From Nitrospirota bacterium (GTDB lineage Bacteria; Nitrospirota; Nitrospiria; Nitrospirales; Nitrospiraceae): a stretch of DNA of 64,000 nt. The notes under the pieces are model-generated. The model was given only the letters and a program-made list of their open reading frames with translations. It ran no database searches and was not told the origin of the DNA. The translations under genes were made by a program, and so were the position numbers. Positions within the stretch are counted from its first letter, which is position 1. Every line of letters starts with the position of its first letter. Location: assembly GCA_963701855.1 (NCBI GenBank), contig CAVPBK010000012.1:32001-96000 (forward strand), given 5' to 3'. Shown here one piece after another: positions 1 through 10,642 of this stretch.

Positions 1-42
1 AATAAACCTACTCTCATCGACCAACTTCTCATTCGGGCATAG
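1..42 (+). CDS. 3' end of a PilZ-like gene (partial; paralog of 12050..12436)
   Basis: Bases 1-58 nearly match 12395-12450, including the LIDQLLIRA-stop tail. Confidence 0.7.
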   Translation, partial: NKPTLIDQLLIRA

Positions 43-84
43 TTCGTCGATTGTTGTGTGGGGTAAAGGAAGGAGCCGGCCCGT

Positions 85-200
85 CACGTCTCGCTCATCT
101 ACGCCCCTTCCGCCACTCCCACGGCGGCACCGGCTGCGGATTAGCCCACAATCCCTAGTTCGTCTCTCGCGCTTCCTTCTCCAGCTTCTCAAGTACCGCT
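85..200 (-). pseudogene. Thermonuclease (SNase) 3' fragment
   Basis: Encodes LEKLEKEARET..GLWANPQPVPPWEWRK, matching the C-terminus of 16198..16704. Confidence 0.75.
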
Positions 201-582
201 GGGGAACCGTTGCCGCTCGGCAGTCAATGCATCTAATTGTGGACGGTTAGCGTGGTCAGTTGGATGCAGAAATCCCACTAAATCTATTCCAAACCCATCG
301 TCGCAGAAGACAGCCCGACGCAGATCTGCACCCCGTCTGCTATCGCGCCTACTCGCGAGCTTAGCGCACGACGGTTCGCGTCTATCAACTGGTGCGCCGG
401 GATTGGTTGGGAAAATTCGGAACTCTTTGGCGAAAACTTCCAGATATGAAATCCTCACTATCCTACCCCCAAGCGCACCGACTTATCAGGGTTGTAAGCG
501 CGAGTTGAACGCCATCACTCGATGTGCCAAGCAACGGTCTGCCCGTCATCGTATCCCTGAAAGTCGGTGCCCACTGGTCTCC

Positions 583-987
583 TCAGTGTTTAGCCAACCT
601 GCTATCCTGCGTTTCCGTTTCTTTATTGTTGATATCGTGAATGGCCAGCACGCTTGTCACACCACCGTTCGCTTTACCGAGTTTCGCCTCAATCCAATCT
701 CCTGGCTCGAATACGTGGCCGTTTCTCAGGGCTGCGGTGACTGGCAACTGCACTTCCTGCCCATTAAAGCGCTCAACGACAAGCGTATCGCCGTCCACGC
801 GCAGGACCTCGCCCTTGATGGTTTGAATGCCCTGCCGTTCTTCTTGACTACACTGCAGGAGATTCGGGAGACCACCTTTTCGACTGGCACAAGGGTCAAG
901 GCGAAATGCCTGCGATGCATCGGCCAGACTCAGGCACAGCACAACACCGCATGAGAGGACACCGATGATTTTTGGAAGGGATACCAT
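583..987 (-). CDS. Secreted small beta-rich protein (family of 13477..13767 and 13914..14285)
   Basis: GGAGG RBS, signal peptide, TIKGEVLRVDG...GDWIEAK motif shared with the paralogs. Confidence 0.75.
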   Translation of the reverse strand: MVSLPKIIGVLSCGVVLCLSLADASQAFRLDPCASRKGGLPNLLQCSQEERQGIQTIKGEVLRVDGDTLVVERFNGQEVQLPVTAALRNGHVFEPGDWIEAKLGKANGGVTSVLAIHDINNKETETQDSRLAKH

Positions 988-1080
988 GACAACCTCCTTG
1001 TTAATGATTGGTAGTTCGAAACCCGTGTCTTCCAACCCCCTGAGTTCGCCAGGGAGTCATATGACCTTTCATCTATACGT

Positions 1081-1593
1081 TTACACAACGGGTACATGAA
1101 TGAGTATCAGGGGATTTCTGAGAGTTCCTGGAAAAATACCTGAGCAGGCCTGTGGGAGAAGTGGATGCTCACGATAGGCAAACGGTACAAACACCGTAAA
1201 GGACAGCGCTGAAGCTCCGACAACCAGCGCGGCGAGATGCCGCACCCCTGGAATAAAGTATGCCACCAGCAGGGAATATTTGCCCCAATGGAGAACCCAG
1301 CGCTGTGCCTGGGCGAGGTGGTCAGGGCGAAGGTGAAGGTAGGGCCTCCACTTCGAGACAACTTGTACCCCAACAACACGTCCGAGGACATAGCTCAACG
1401 TAATCCCGCTGGCACTCCCCAGGAAGGCTGTGGCCAGCGCGGGCACGATGTGCAGTTTTTCTTTGAAACACAGATAGCCGACAAACGTCAGTAGCGTTTC
1501 GTCGGGTACTGGGAGTCCCACAATGCCCAGCACCAGTAAGACAAAGAGCATCTCATAGCCATATTGCGCAATCCAATCGATGCCAGTTTCCAT
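1081..1593 (-). CDS. DedA/VTT family membrane protein, C-terminus probably truncated
   Basis: GLPVPDETLLTFVGYL and FIPGVRH motifs; similarity is lost after PFAY. Confidence 0.8.
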   Translation of the reverse strand: METGIDWIAQYGYEMLFVLLVLGIVGLPVPDETLLTFVGYLCFKEKLHIVPALATAFLGSASGITLSYVLGRVVGVQVVSKWRPYLHLRPDHLAQAQRWVLHWGKYSLLVAYFIPGVRHLAALVVGASALSFTVFVPFAYREHPLLPQACSGIFPGTLRNPLILIHVPVV

Positions 1594-1675
1594 CTTGACA
1601 TGATCCCCATCAAGAAATTGATGGTCTCGACATTTCTTCCGTCGTCATTGGTGTTGACGCTAGGAGGAACAGATC

Positions 1676-1820
1676 TTAGTTACGACTGAGCTTGCGAAAT
1701 GCCCAGGGCGGGATCGGATCGGGGTCACCCACCAACCCACGTCTCGCTGCCCTTGGTTTGGCCTCCAACTTCTCCAGCATGGTATCTCCCGGCACATACT
1801 TCCAATACCACCAGCACAAT
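1676..1820 (-). pseudogene. Thermonuclease 3' fragment
   Basis: CWWYWKYVPGDTMLEKLEA...DPDPIPPW. Confidence 0.8.
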
Positions 1821-2036
1821 GGGATGGACAGAATGTCCGTCGCCGGACAACCTGTTCCCCCTGACATGGCATGACCACACCCTGTCTCGCCTCTGAACAT
1901 CTCTCTAACCGCCTGACAGTTTTGCGACTATTCATGATTGCGCCTGGAGCCTAACGTGGTGGCAGGCGATTTGCTGTTAACCCAACTTTCCAATTGCACG
2001 CGTTCTTACCCAATCGGATGAAAGGAGGATCGCCGC

Positions 2037-2600
2037 ATGCCTACTCTAGGATACATAGTCATTGCGATCTGTTTAGTCATGCTTCTGGGGTACGGGTATC
2101 TTCTTGTCCAGGTATTTCCGATTCTCCTGAAGACCAATGATGAGGCCGTGCAAGACGGCGCGATGGTGACGGCGCAGTTGCACATCACGCCGCAGGATAA
2201 CCTCACCACGACCTACAGCGAGACCGAGCAATTCATCCAAGGCCAGCATATTACCCGCCCCGCGATCGAGCAGCAGGTGGCCGGCATGCACCCGGGAGAG
2301 AGGAAAACATTTTCTCTGTCGGCGGAAGAAGGTTTTGGCCCCTACGATGAGACAAAACTTCAGAGTATCTCGATAGAACAATTGCCGCGTGAAGCCCGGG
2401 AAGGTGACATTATAGAAATTATAAATGATGACGCCGGTAAGGCCGGTAAGAGTGCCACGATCGTGAGTATCCTGCCGGAGAAGGCTGTGCTTGATCTCAA
2501 CCATCCCCTGGCTGGGAAACCGCTGAATGTCACGCTGGAGATCGTGAAGATTGAGAATCCAGATGAGAAGGCACAATCCCCTAACCGCTCCGCCAGGTGA
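2037..2600 (+). CDS. FKBP-type peptidyl-prolyl isomerase (SlyD-like) with N-terminal membrane anchor
   Basis: GMHPGERKTF..AEEGFG and DLNHPLAGKPL motifs; GGAGG RBS. Confidence 0.85.
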   Translation: MPTLGYIVIAICLVMLLGYGYLLVQVFPILLKTNDEAVQDGAMVTAQLHITPQDNLTTTYSETEQFIQGQHITRPAIEQQVAGMHPGERKTFSLSAEEGFGPYDETKLQSISIEQLPREAREGDIIEIINDDAGKAGKSATIVSILPEKAVLDLNHPLAGKPLNVTLEIVKIENPDEKAQSPNRSAR

Positions 2601-2629
2601 TGGTTGTATATCCTTAGGCGATGGACAAG

Positions 2630-3899
2630 TTAGATGGTTACGACCGGAAGTTCATTCCAATCAGTGGTGTAGGCGGGGGAACGCCGGTGAAACTGAGTCT
2701 TCCACGCCTTGGTGATACCGCTTGACGCATAGTGGAGGGTGCCAGCTCCCCACCGATTATTGATAGAATCGAGTGCGGACATGAGCCGCTTGGACTTCCG
2801 CCGGTCCTGGGAGTCGAACAGATCGGCCTGTGATTGACTGGCTGGAACAAGACCCGTCAGCATCACTCCCGCCTTCTTGTAGAGGTACCCGTCTCGATAA
2901 ATCGTCCGTATCCCCTGAAGCGCACACCTGATTAGCTCCGAGGTACTGTCAGTCACAACAGGCAGGTTTAGTGTTAGGGAGTTACTGTATTGTGGTCCTT
3001 CTCTGAACTCGTTTGTGGTGAGGCACACCGTCAACACCGTCGCGGCCAGTCGCTTCGCCTCTCAGTTTCTCCGCTACCCTCGATGTATAGACCGATACCG
3101 CCTCTTCCATTTCTGCAAGAGTGTTGATGAGCGTCCCAAAGGCGCGGGAGCAAGTGAGGGACTGCTTGGGCGAAGGACACTGTTCCAGATCCAGACAGGA
3201 TACCCCGCGCAATTCCATTACAAGACGAAGCCCCACAATTCCCATACGCTTCCTTATCCACTGGTCATCGACCCCGCGTAACTGGAAGGCAGTGGTGATG
3301 CCGTGTTGCTTCAACATGTGGGCATGGTTCCGTCCTATTCCCCACACGTCTTCCACGGCAACCCTGCCTAGCAATGCGTCTCGGTCCGGACAGGCGAGCA
3401 AGTCAAACACTCCTCCTGTATCAAGCGTCCGCTTTGCTATGCAGTTGGCAATCTTTGCGAGAGTCTTCGTCTCTGCAATACCGACTGAAACGGGAATGCC
3501 TGTCCATTGCTTCACGGTTCGACGTATTTGTCGCCCGTACTCGGTGAGATCACGTCTCTCAAAACCCACCAAACTCAAGAAGGCTTCGTCGATGGAATAG
3601 ACTTCGAGGTCTGAACAGAACTGTTCCAAGGTCTCCATGACACGTTGCGACATATCGCCGTAGAGCGTGTAGTTACTGGAGAACACATGGACTTGGTGTG
3701 CATGGAGCACCGGCGAGACCTGAAACTCAGGGACCCCCATCCCGATGCCTAACGCTTTCGCTTCGTTGGAGCGAGCGACTACGCAGCCGTCATTGTTAGA
3801 GAGGACGACAATTGGCAGACCGTTAAGCTTGGGGTTGAAGACCCGTTCGCATGAAGCATAGAAGTTGTTGCAATCGACAAGGGCAAAGATGGGAGGCAT
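2630..3899 (-). pseudogene. umuC: Y-family DNA polymerase V subunit, frameshifted near 3055
   Basis: LVDCNNFYASCE, YSIDEAF and C-terminal SPAYTT.W motifs split over ORFs 2982..3899 and 2630..3037. Confidence 0.9.
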
Positions 3900-3905
3900 T
3901 GGAAC

Positions 3906-4331
3906 TCAGAGGGCGTGAATGACGTTGGTGACAACTCCCCAGATTTCAAAGGACTGTTGAGCCTGAATCTCGATAGGGTGATAGTCCTTGTTAGCGGGGA
4001 GGAGGCGCAAGGCCTTGTCCCGCTGATAGAGCCGCTTGACTGTCAATTCTCCATCGAGTGCCGCCACGACCACATTACCGTCTACCGCTTCGAGTGACCG
4101 ATCCACGATGAGCAAGTCCCCTGAATGAATCCCCGCGCCGGTCATCGAGTCACCAGACACCCGCACAAAGAACGTGGCGGCGGGGTGTTTAATCAAGTGC
4201 CGGTTGAGATCGAGCTTGCCTTCGATATAGTCGTCAGCGGGAGAGGGAAAGCCTGCGGGGAGTCGGCCAAGGAACACCGGCAAGGCGTATCGCGTCGAGA
4301 GATCGGGGGCGTAGACAGTATCGACATTCAT
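3906..4331 (-). CDS. umuD: UmuD-like S24 autopeptidase
   Basis: AGFPSPADDY, VSGDSM and TVKR motifs; directly upstream of umuC. Confidence 0.92.
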   Translation of the reverse strand: MNVDTVYAPDLSTRYALPVFLGRLPAGFPSPADDYIEGKLDLNRHLIKHPAATFFVRVSGDSMTGAGIHSGDLLIVDRSLEAVDGNVVVAALDGELTVKRLYQRDKALRLLPANKDYHPIEIQAQQSFEIWGVVTNVIHAL

Positions 4332-4341
4332 AGGCGGTAGT

Positions 4342-5034
4342 CTAGCCCCATATCGAGACAGGCTCAAGACACTGTGGCGCGTCGTGGCGCGGGTTGTTAA
4401 CGAGGGTGCTCACAGGGTAGGCCATGAGTTCCTCGCTCGGATAAGGACGTAGGAAAGTATTGAGCGATTCTACTTGCAGGAAAGTCGGGTCAAGCCATTG
4501 GTCGTAGGACGTGGGAGCGAGAATCACCGGCATCCGGTTATGAATTGGCTGCATCAGTTCATTCGGCTCTGTCGTGATGATCGTACAGGTCTCAAGGGGT
4601 TGCCCTTCAGGAGGCGTCCAGTGCTCCCATAGCCCAGCAAAGGCGAAGGGCTGCTTGCTCCGTAGTCCAACCCACATTGGCTGCTTACGTGCGCCTTGCA
4701 CCTGCCATTCATAGAACCCCGTGGCAATCACCAGACACCGACGTTTCTTGAAGGCAGACCGAAAGGACGGTTTCTCCGCCACGGTCTCGGCTTTGGCGTT
4801 AATGCACTGATGCCCAATCTTGGGGTCTTTGGCCCAGGACGGGATCAACCCCCACCGAAGCATGACGAGTCTGCGCGTCGTGGTATCAGGCTCAATTCGT
4901 ATGGCTGCGACGGGTTGAGACGGCGCGATGTTGTAACGGGGTGCGAACAAAGGCGGATCGGTGAGTTCAAACTGTTGGGCAATCACCTCAGACGAGGCAG
5001 TTTGGCTAAAATGTCCACACCTGCTCTTGTACAT
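4342..5034 (-). CDS. SOS response-associated peptidase (SRAP/YedK family); native start codon appears mutated
   Basis: CGHF, RYNIAPSQ, INAKAET, GFYEW and IHNRMPVI motifs; the codon before Cys is AGG, not ATG. Confidence 0.88.
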   Translation of the reverse strand: MYKSRCGHFSQTASSEVIAQQFELTDPPLFAPRYNIAPSQPVAAIRIEPDTTTRRLVMLRWGLIPSWAKDPKIGHQCINAKAETVAEKPSFRSAFKKRRCLVIATGFYEWQVQGARKQPMWVGLRSKQPFAFAGLWEHWTPPEGQPLETCTIITTEPNELMQPIHNRMPVILAPTSYDQWLDPTFLQVESLNTFLRPYPSEELMAYPVSTLVNNPRHDAPQCLEPVSIWG

Positions 5035-5037
5035 TGT

Positions 5038-5066
5038 ACGCTAGGCCGTCCATGGGGAGGTGTCAA
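5038..5066 (-). promoter_or_regulatory. sigma70-like promoter, repeat family B (TTGACA-17-TAGCGT)
   Basis: Near-consensus hexamers; related copies at 8976-9004 and 20344-20372. Confidence 0.65.
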
Positions 5067-5075
5067 GGCGAGAAA

Positions 5076-5413
5076 CTAGCGTGTGCGATTGAGCGGCTCG
5101 AATGGCGTGTTGGGATTAAACCGATTCGCCGGGTTCAACGGATTCTGCGGGTTGTATTGATTAGCGGGATTGAACGGATTGTTGGGGCTATACCGATTCG
5201 CTGGATTCACTGGGTTCCCGGGATCATAGCGGTTTGCAGGGTTAAAGGGATTGTCAGGCGCATAGGTCGTGCTGGGTTCAGCGGGTTGTCCGGCGCATAC
5301 TTACTAGCCGGATTGAAGATGTTGTAGTCGCGCTCGTATTTCTCGTCAAACCCAGGATCGGCGAATGCGGGGGTGGCGAAGAGGAGTGAGCAGAAAAACA
5401 AGATCACCTCCAT
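5076..5413 (-). pseudogene. Secreted Asn/Pro-repeat protein (NPxNPANRY repeats), frameshifted
   Basis: Signal peptide plus 13-aa repeats that continue in another frame; second partial copy at 20382. Confidence 0.7.
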
Positions 5414-5515
5414 GGTGATACTCCTGGAGCGTACAATCAGAAGATTTAGCCTATTCCCCGCCTGGAGACGAGCGCAAGCGAGAAGGAACAGTTCCTGCCC
5501 CCTTCTTCTCTTCCC

Positions 5516-6493
5516 TCAACGAGTGTGAGCTGTTCGCACCACGACGAGTTTATCCGTTCCGGATTCTGCACCCCATACTTCGCCCGACCGCCCGAGAATT
5601 TGTCGAACATTAGCCCCGGGACTCGGAAACGAGAAGACCTCAAAGGTTTCTTGGGCCGGATCAAACTGCACCAGCGCGTTTGCCCCGAAGTCGCTCAGCC
5701 ACACTCGGTCCTGGTCATCCACGTACACGGCATACACCCCTGGGTTCTGACCTGGCAGGCGCCATTCGCGCCATTGCCCATTGCCGGGGTCATACATCGC
5801 CACCTGTCCCGTATTCCATTCGCTGACCCAGATGTGGCTGTGGCTGTCCGCCCAAACCCGACGAGCTCCTTGGCCTCTGGTGGGCGGTTCGAGGACCGTG
5901 GCCGCTCCGGTGTCTGGATCCACTCGTGCGATATAACTGCCCGCGAGCGATGCGTAATACACCATGCCATCAGGCGCTGTGGTGATGCCATACGGGCCCG
6001 TGCCCCGTGGTGCATCGAAGACCTGCACGCGATGGTTTTTCAGGTCCATGCTCCCGTAGATACCACCCTGTCCAGTGAACCAGAGCACCCTCCGACGATC
6101 GAAGGTGGCGGTATTGAGGTTGGTTCCTTCACGGCCTTTCGGCAGCGGAAAGACGTGTACTTCGTCCGTCTTCGGGTCCACTCGCACGATGGCATTCAGG
6201 CCACCGTCTGTGATCCAAGGCGCGCCGTCGGGTCCCACAATCACACCATGAGGCCGCGAGCCCTGGCCCAGCATAATATGACGCGTTTCCCCCGTGGTTG
6301 GATCGAGCCGGCCCAGCTCTCCGGTGGCCTGTGCCGTATACCACACCGTGCCATCCGGGGCTGGAGCAACATCATGCGGGCGCGACCCGGCAGGCACCGG
6401 GTATTCCTGAAGCGTCGTGGTCTTTCCAACAACATGAGGAACGTCAACAACACAGAGGACCACCGCCAGGCTCCAGAGCAGAAGATTCCGCAT
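5516..6493 (-). CDS. Virginiamycin B lyase (Vgb)-family beta-propeller protein
   Basis: Repeated PHDVAPAPDG.VW / PHGVIVGPDG.PW blades; signal peptide. Confidence 0.85.
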   Translation of the reverse strand: MRNLLLWSLAVVLCVVDVPHVVGKTTTLQEYPVPAGSRPHDVAPAPDGTVWYTAQATGELGRLDPTTGETRHIMLGQGSRPHGVIVGPDGAPWITDGGLNAIVRVDPKTDEVHVFPLPKGREGTNLNTATFDRRRVLWFTGQGGIYGSMDLKNHRVQVFDAPRGTGPYGITTAPDGMVYYASLAGSYIARVDPDTGAATVLEPPTRGQGARRVWADSHSHIWVSEWNTGQVAMYDPGNGQWREWRLPGQNPGVYAVYVDDQDRVWLSDFGANALVQFDPAQETFEVFSFPSPGANVRQILGRSGEVWGAESGTDKLVVVRTAHTR

Positions 6494-6580
6494 GCGATTC
6501 GCCTTCCTTTCGGAATCACCCCGATGCACGATGGCAGGATCTCGCGGAGCGTACGAGTATCGGGAGGGCGCTGAGGCACA

Positions 6581-7462
6581 TTAGGCGATACCGTATTGTT
6601 TAAACCAGTTCTGCAATCGCCTCCACCCATCCTCCGCCTGTTCCTTTCTGTAGCTAGGCCGATAGTCCGCATAGAATCCATGCGGGGTATGAGGATAGAC
6701 CACGATCCGAGAGGGGCTTCCCACTGTTTGCAACGCGTGCCGCATCTGCTCGACGGTGTCGAGCGGGATTCCGCGATCGTCCGCGCCATAGAGCCCCAAC
6801 ACCGGGGCTTTGAGGGATGACGCCTCGTCGAGGGGGTGGGTCGGTTGCAGGGCGCTGGGTGTGCCAACAAGCCGCCCATACCAGGCCACCCCTGCCTTCA
6901 GTGTGGGATTGTGTGCCGCATACAGCCACACAATTCTTCCTCCCCAACAGAAGCCCGTGATGCCGAGTTTCTCGACGTTCCCTTCCCCTGACTCGGTGGC
7001 CCACGCCACGGCGGCATCGAGATCGGCCAATACCTGCGCATCCGGCACTTGTGAGACCACCTTGGCGATAATCTCATCGATGTTGGACAGCGTCGAGACA
7101 TCACCATGGCGAGCATAGAGCTCAGGCGCGATCGCCAGATAGCCTAGCTTGGCGAATCGACGACAGATGTCCTTGATGTGTTCATGGACTCCGAATATTT
7201 CTTGTACCACGAGCACAACCGGCAGCGCGGTTCCTAGCTCGGGTCTCGCGCGATAGGCTGGAATGTAACCATCGCGGGTGCGGATCTTGATCTCCCCAGC
7301 CGTCAGCCCAATCTGGTCTGTCGTGAAGGTCTCGGCCGAGACCGGCCGCACGGCTAAGGCGAAACCTGCAGCCAGCGTCGCCATCACCAGGCCGCGACGC
7401 GTGATGGTTGCCGCTACGATGGAGTGGGGGGAGTGTCCGAGACTCCGGTCGTGATCTGCCAT
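6581..7462 (-). CDS. Dienelactone hydrolase family protein (Tat-like leader)
   Basis: VQEIFGV, GFCWGG and HGF motifs; TRRG leader. Confidence 0.92.
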   Translation of the reverse strand: MADHDRSLGHSPHSIVAATITRRGLVMATLAAGFALAVRPVSAETFTTDQIGLTAGEIKIRTRDGYIPAYRARPELGTALPVVLVVQEIFGVHEHIKDICRRFAKLGYLAIAPELYARHGDVSTLSNIDEIIAKVVSQVPDAQVLADLDAAVAWATESGEGNVEKLGITGFCWGGRIVWLYAAHNPTLKAGVAWYGRLVGTPSALQPTHPLDEASSLKAPVLGLYGADDRGIPLDTVEQMRHALQTVGSPSRIVVYPHTPHGFYADYRPSYRKEQAEDGWRRLQNWFKQYGIA

Positions 7463-7531
7463 GTCCCTTGCGTCGCCTCGTGGTGAAGATTGACCGGCCT
7501 CTGGAGACCTACACCATGTCCAGGTGATTCC

Positions 7532-7754
7532 TCATCTGCGCACAACTTCAGCACTCACGAAGACACGCTGCCCATTCGGCACACCGATCGTCAGCGAACA
7601 TATCTTCCCATCAGGCGGCGGCACATCGCCGAAGAGCCGCCAACCGAAAAGGAAGAGATTCCAGACGATGCCGTGGCCCCTCAGACAGCCCTGTACGAAA
7701 GGTCACGGGACAACACACAGGAACACCACGGTAGGGACGAATCGAACAGGGCAT
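7532..7754 (-). pseudogene. PilZ-domain gene remnant
   Basis: MPCSIRPYR..PVCCPVT...GIVWNL...GWRL.GD with a frameshift and early stop. Confidence 0.6.
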
Positions 7755-7775
7755 AGGAGCCTCGTATGGTGGCCC

Positions 7776-7804
7776 AGTTTAGGAGGGTGAGGATCAAACC
7801 GCAA
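7776..7804 (-). promoter_or_regulatory. Promoter module A, copy 1 (TTGCGG-17-TAAACT)
   Basis: Aligns with eight other copies in the island. Confidence 0.55.
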
Positions 7805-7839
7805 GACGGGGAACTGAGAAATGGTTGTTTTGAACCACG

Positions 7840-7935
7840 TTCAGGATAGTAATGCCGCTGAGGCGGATGCGTTCAAGGTGGTGGTTGTGCAGGACTTCGA
7901 GGAGCTGGCCATCGGAAATGTTGGCGGCGAGGTCG
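7840..7935 (-). pseudogene. Thermonuclease 5' fragment
   Basis: DG.LLEVLHNHHLERIRLSGI, matching the N-terminal part of the intact copy. Confidence 0.65.
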
Positions 7936-7995
7936 GTGGGGCGAGGAGTTTAGGTCCATTGCTCTCCTGGTCGTTTTTCTGCAGTGTCGGCACCC

Positions 7996-8922
7996 TCACA
8001 TCCCCCCTCGTTCAGCTCGGGGGATGGTGAGTTTCGCCTCAATAAACTCTCGATGTGCCAGCTTCAGGCTTTTCGCGATGAATAGAATCATCTTAATTTC
8101 CTCAGAAGACGTGGTCTGCGCCGCGTTGGCCACCTGAAATAAGACGCGCACGAAATCATTCCGTTCTTGGCGCGTGGTCTGATCAAAGAAATTCCTGGCC
8201 AGGCGAACGACATCCAATCCTTTGACCGCTTGCGAACACCCAATCTCGGTTACCAGATGGGCCTCAAGATCTGAAAGGGCCCAGCCTTCTTTCAGGGCCT
8301 GGGTCATTGTGCGCTTCTCTTCTGGCGCGACCTCGCGATCCGCCCATGCCACATGCGCCATCAGCCCAGCGGCTAAGCATAGCTTGCGGATCTGGGCATC
8401 GGGCAGGGTGACCTGCTGCCCGCGCTTTTCCAACTCGGTGACGAGATGGTAATACACGCGGTTTTTAATGAAATCATCTAACCGCTCTTCTCTACTGAGT
8501 TCAGCCCCAACTTTGCTTCGCCGTTTCCCCATCGCGCCGTGAATGGTTTTGGTGAGGTGTGCCAGTAGCCCGGTTGAGGCACCCTCCACATCGTGTTTGA
8601 CCTGCGCGAGGGCCGTGGCTTCTGCGGGCGTCAACGCACCATCCGCTTCTACCAGCCTCGTGACGGTGTCGATGACCAACTGCTTCTCTTCTGTCCAGCG
8701 AATGGCGCTGACCACCCGTTTCAGCAGTTCCTCCCGTTCCTCAGGAGTGACCGGCGAATCCATGTATATCTCAAGTTGTTGCCAATCCTCTCCGGTCAGG
8801 TCGGGAATTACAAAGAGCAGATCTTTGACGGCATTGCGTTCCTCATGGACAAGCGTTCCATCTGCCCAGGCGACCGCAATGACCAGTTTTGCGAGATCTA
8901 AAACAAATTGCTTCTCCGCCAT
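7996..8922 (-). CDS. TerB-family protein with two TerB-like domains
   Basis: VAWADG...EE and VAWADREVAPEEK repeats. Confidence 0.8.
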   Translation of the reverse strand: MAEKQFVLDLAKLVIAVAWADGTLVHEERNAVKDLLFVIPDLTGEDWQQLEIYMDSPVTPEEREELLKRVVSAIRWTEEKQLVIDTVTRLVEADGALTPAEATALAQVKHDVEGASTGLLAHLTKTIHGAMGKRRSKVGAELSREERLDDFIKNRVYYHLVTELEKRGQQVTLPDAQIRKLCLAAGLMAHVAWADREVAPEEKRTMTQALKEGWALSDLEAHLVTEIGCSQAVKGLDVVRLARNFFDQTTRQERNDFVRVLFQVANAAQTTSSEEIKMILFIAKSLKLAHREFIEAKLTIPRAERGGM

Positions 8923-8975
8923 CCGGCCCTCGGTTGCTTCGTGAAATCATCAGCGACAGATTATGATTCGGACCA

Positions 8976-9004
8976 AGGCTAGACGGCTCGTAAGGAGGTG
9001 TCAA
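8976..9004 (-). promoter_or_regulatory. Promoter family B copy (TTGACA-17-TAGCCT) upstream of the TerB gene
   Basis: Shares cgccTTGACAcctcc with 5038-5066. Confidence 0.65.
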
Positions 9005-9034
9005 GGCGGGTCGTCCAGGACCGTTGGTGGCTTT

Positions 9035-9170
9035 CTGCCTCTCCCTGCCGCCACTCCCACGGCGGCACCGGCTGCGGATCGGCCTACAATTCTCTCCTGG
9101 CTTCTCGCTCCTCCTTCTCCAACCCTTCCAGCACCGTATCCCCTGGCGCATACTTCCGATACCTCCAGCG
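9035..9170 (-). pseudogene. Thermonuclease 3' fragment
   Basis: YRKYAPGDTVLEGLEKEAREARR..ADPQPVPPWEW. Confidence 0.8.
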
Positions 9171-9199
9171 GGAATGAGACCATAATGGCTCTCTCTGAG

Positions 9200-10331
9200 T
9201 CATGAGTTCAATTCCAACTCTACCGTTGCTGTAGCGAAGGAGTACTCCAGTCGAGAGAGACAATCAGGCCTACGCTTGGTATCTTCCGTGCCGATACCAC
9301 TTCGAAAACGCGCCACGAGATGTTCTCTGGCTGAATTAGACTGGGCTTCCCACCAACTCGGACGAAAATATGTATTCTCTAAATGCTCACATGCGAGATG
9401 AAATGCGGCGTTTGCCATGGTGCCCTTGGGCAGCGCTCTAAATGAGTCAATAAAGAGTTCTGTGGGACCCTGAGACCTACCTGTCCAGCCTAGAACTGCG
9501 ATGGATTTCCCACCGACCACTGTGAGGTTAAAGCTAACGTGTTCAAACTCGCTCTCTCCTCGCGTGATGATTTGTAGTGCGTTACCATTGAAATCAAATT
9601 GAGGGTGAAAAGCCCCACAGGCGACTATGGGTAGGGCGCTTGAGAACATTACGCTATAAAACGAAAAATCATCGAAATTTCCGTTTAGGAATGCTGCATC
9701 ATACTTGCCCTTCCAGCCGTCAAGATCCCTAATGCCCCGTTTAATACCTTCACGAATGAGATGCAAAGATTGCTGCTTTGCGCACTGCATTTCAAATGGA
9801 TCGCCTTTATCTGCTTGCCTCTGAACTTCTATCGCGCGTAGCGCCGCGTCCTTCATGAGCCTTTCGTAACATATTGCTCTAAAGGAAAGCAGGAATGCAG
9901 CCTGTTTGTCCAAAGTGATTGAGGATTTTTCAATTGGTGAGAACAGTTCATCGTCATGAGCACCACAGAACCCCGTGAAGGTGGACGCATCCTTCACACC
10001 GCACAGACACGGAACAATTTTGCCGTCGTTCTTCACAATATTCTGAAAGCCGAGCTTAGGAGAAAGAACATGGCCCTCCTCCGCAATAGCCGCCAAGCCG
10101 CCCTTGCGTTGCACAGTATGCGCGCGAATGATGTTTTGGCTACAAGTCGCTGCGCTGGCTTGTGGGTGTAGACAGTAGCCTCGTGACATCTCCGCTCGTT
10201 GATCCGCTATCAGTTTTCCGATGGGATAGGCTTCTGATACTCGCGATCACGATGACATTTTTCCATTTCTTGCCCGATCCGCACCAGCAAAGGACATTGA
10301 CGGGCATTTGCATGCGGGGTTGCAGCAACAT
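9200..10331 (-). pseudogene. SEC-C motif-containing protein, frameshifted near the 5' end
   Basis: CWCGSGKKWK(K)CH lies in frames upstream of ORF 9200..10189; visibly more AT-rich than its flanks. Confidence 0.7.
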
Positions 10332-10419
10332 CGACGGGTTGAAATTTGCAATCAGGGATGGATGCACAGCTTTGATTTTCCTGTTAGCGTCTGGGTTCAG
10401 TGGGTCTCCGGAACAAAGG

Positions 10420-10600
10420 GTTAGGCTCTTGCAGGAGGCTGCTCGAGATGAAACTCGGTGATAATGTCGTAGCGGTCTTGCTTCATGCAGAGACCCTTCC
10501 GATTGAGCGCTTCCACAATCGCGGCAATCTCCCACATGTGTTGGAGACGGTCGCTTCCTCAATGCTCATGCTGTCGCGTTTGGGGTTTTGGTTACTCATT
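10420..10600 (-). pseudogene. 5' fragment of a conserved hypothetical gene (MSIEEATVSN.WEIA)
   Basis: Second copy at 15370-15445. Confidence 0.55.
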
Positions 10601-10642
10601 GTGTAACCTTGTCTACGGCGAAGGTTGCAAGTGACTGCACGA

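Noticed and set aside
387..400. 14-bp match to the tRNA-like remnant at 50432
   Set aside because: It is too short and has no T arm, so chance cannot be excluded.
5516..6493. Streptogramin resistance gene
   Set aside because: The Vgb-like fold with a signal peptide is widespread, and resistance cannot be inferred from the motifs.
5525..6574. 349-aa plus-strand ORF and similar long antisense ORFs (e.g. 43907..44680, 55803..56396)
   Set aside because: These are shadows of well-supported genes on the opposite strand.
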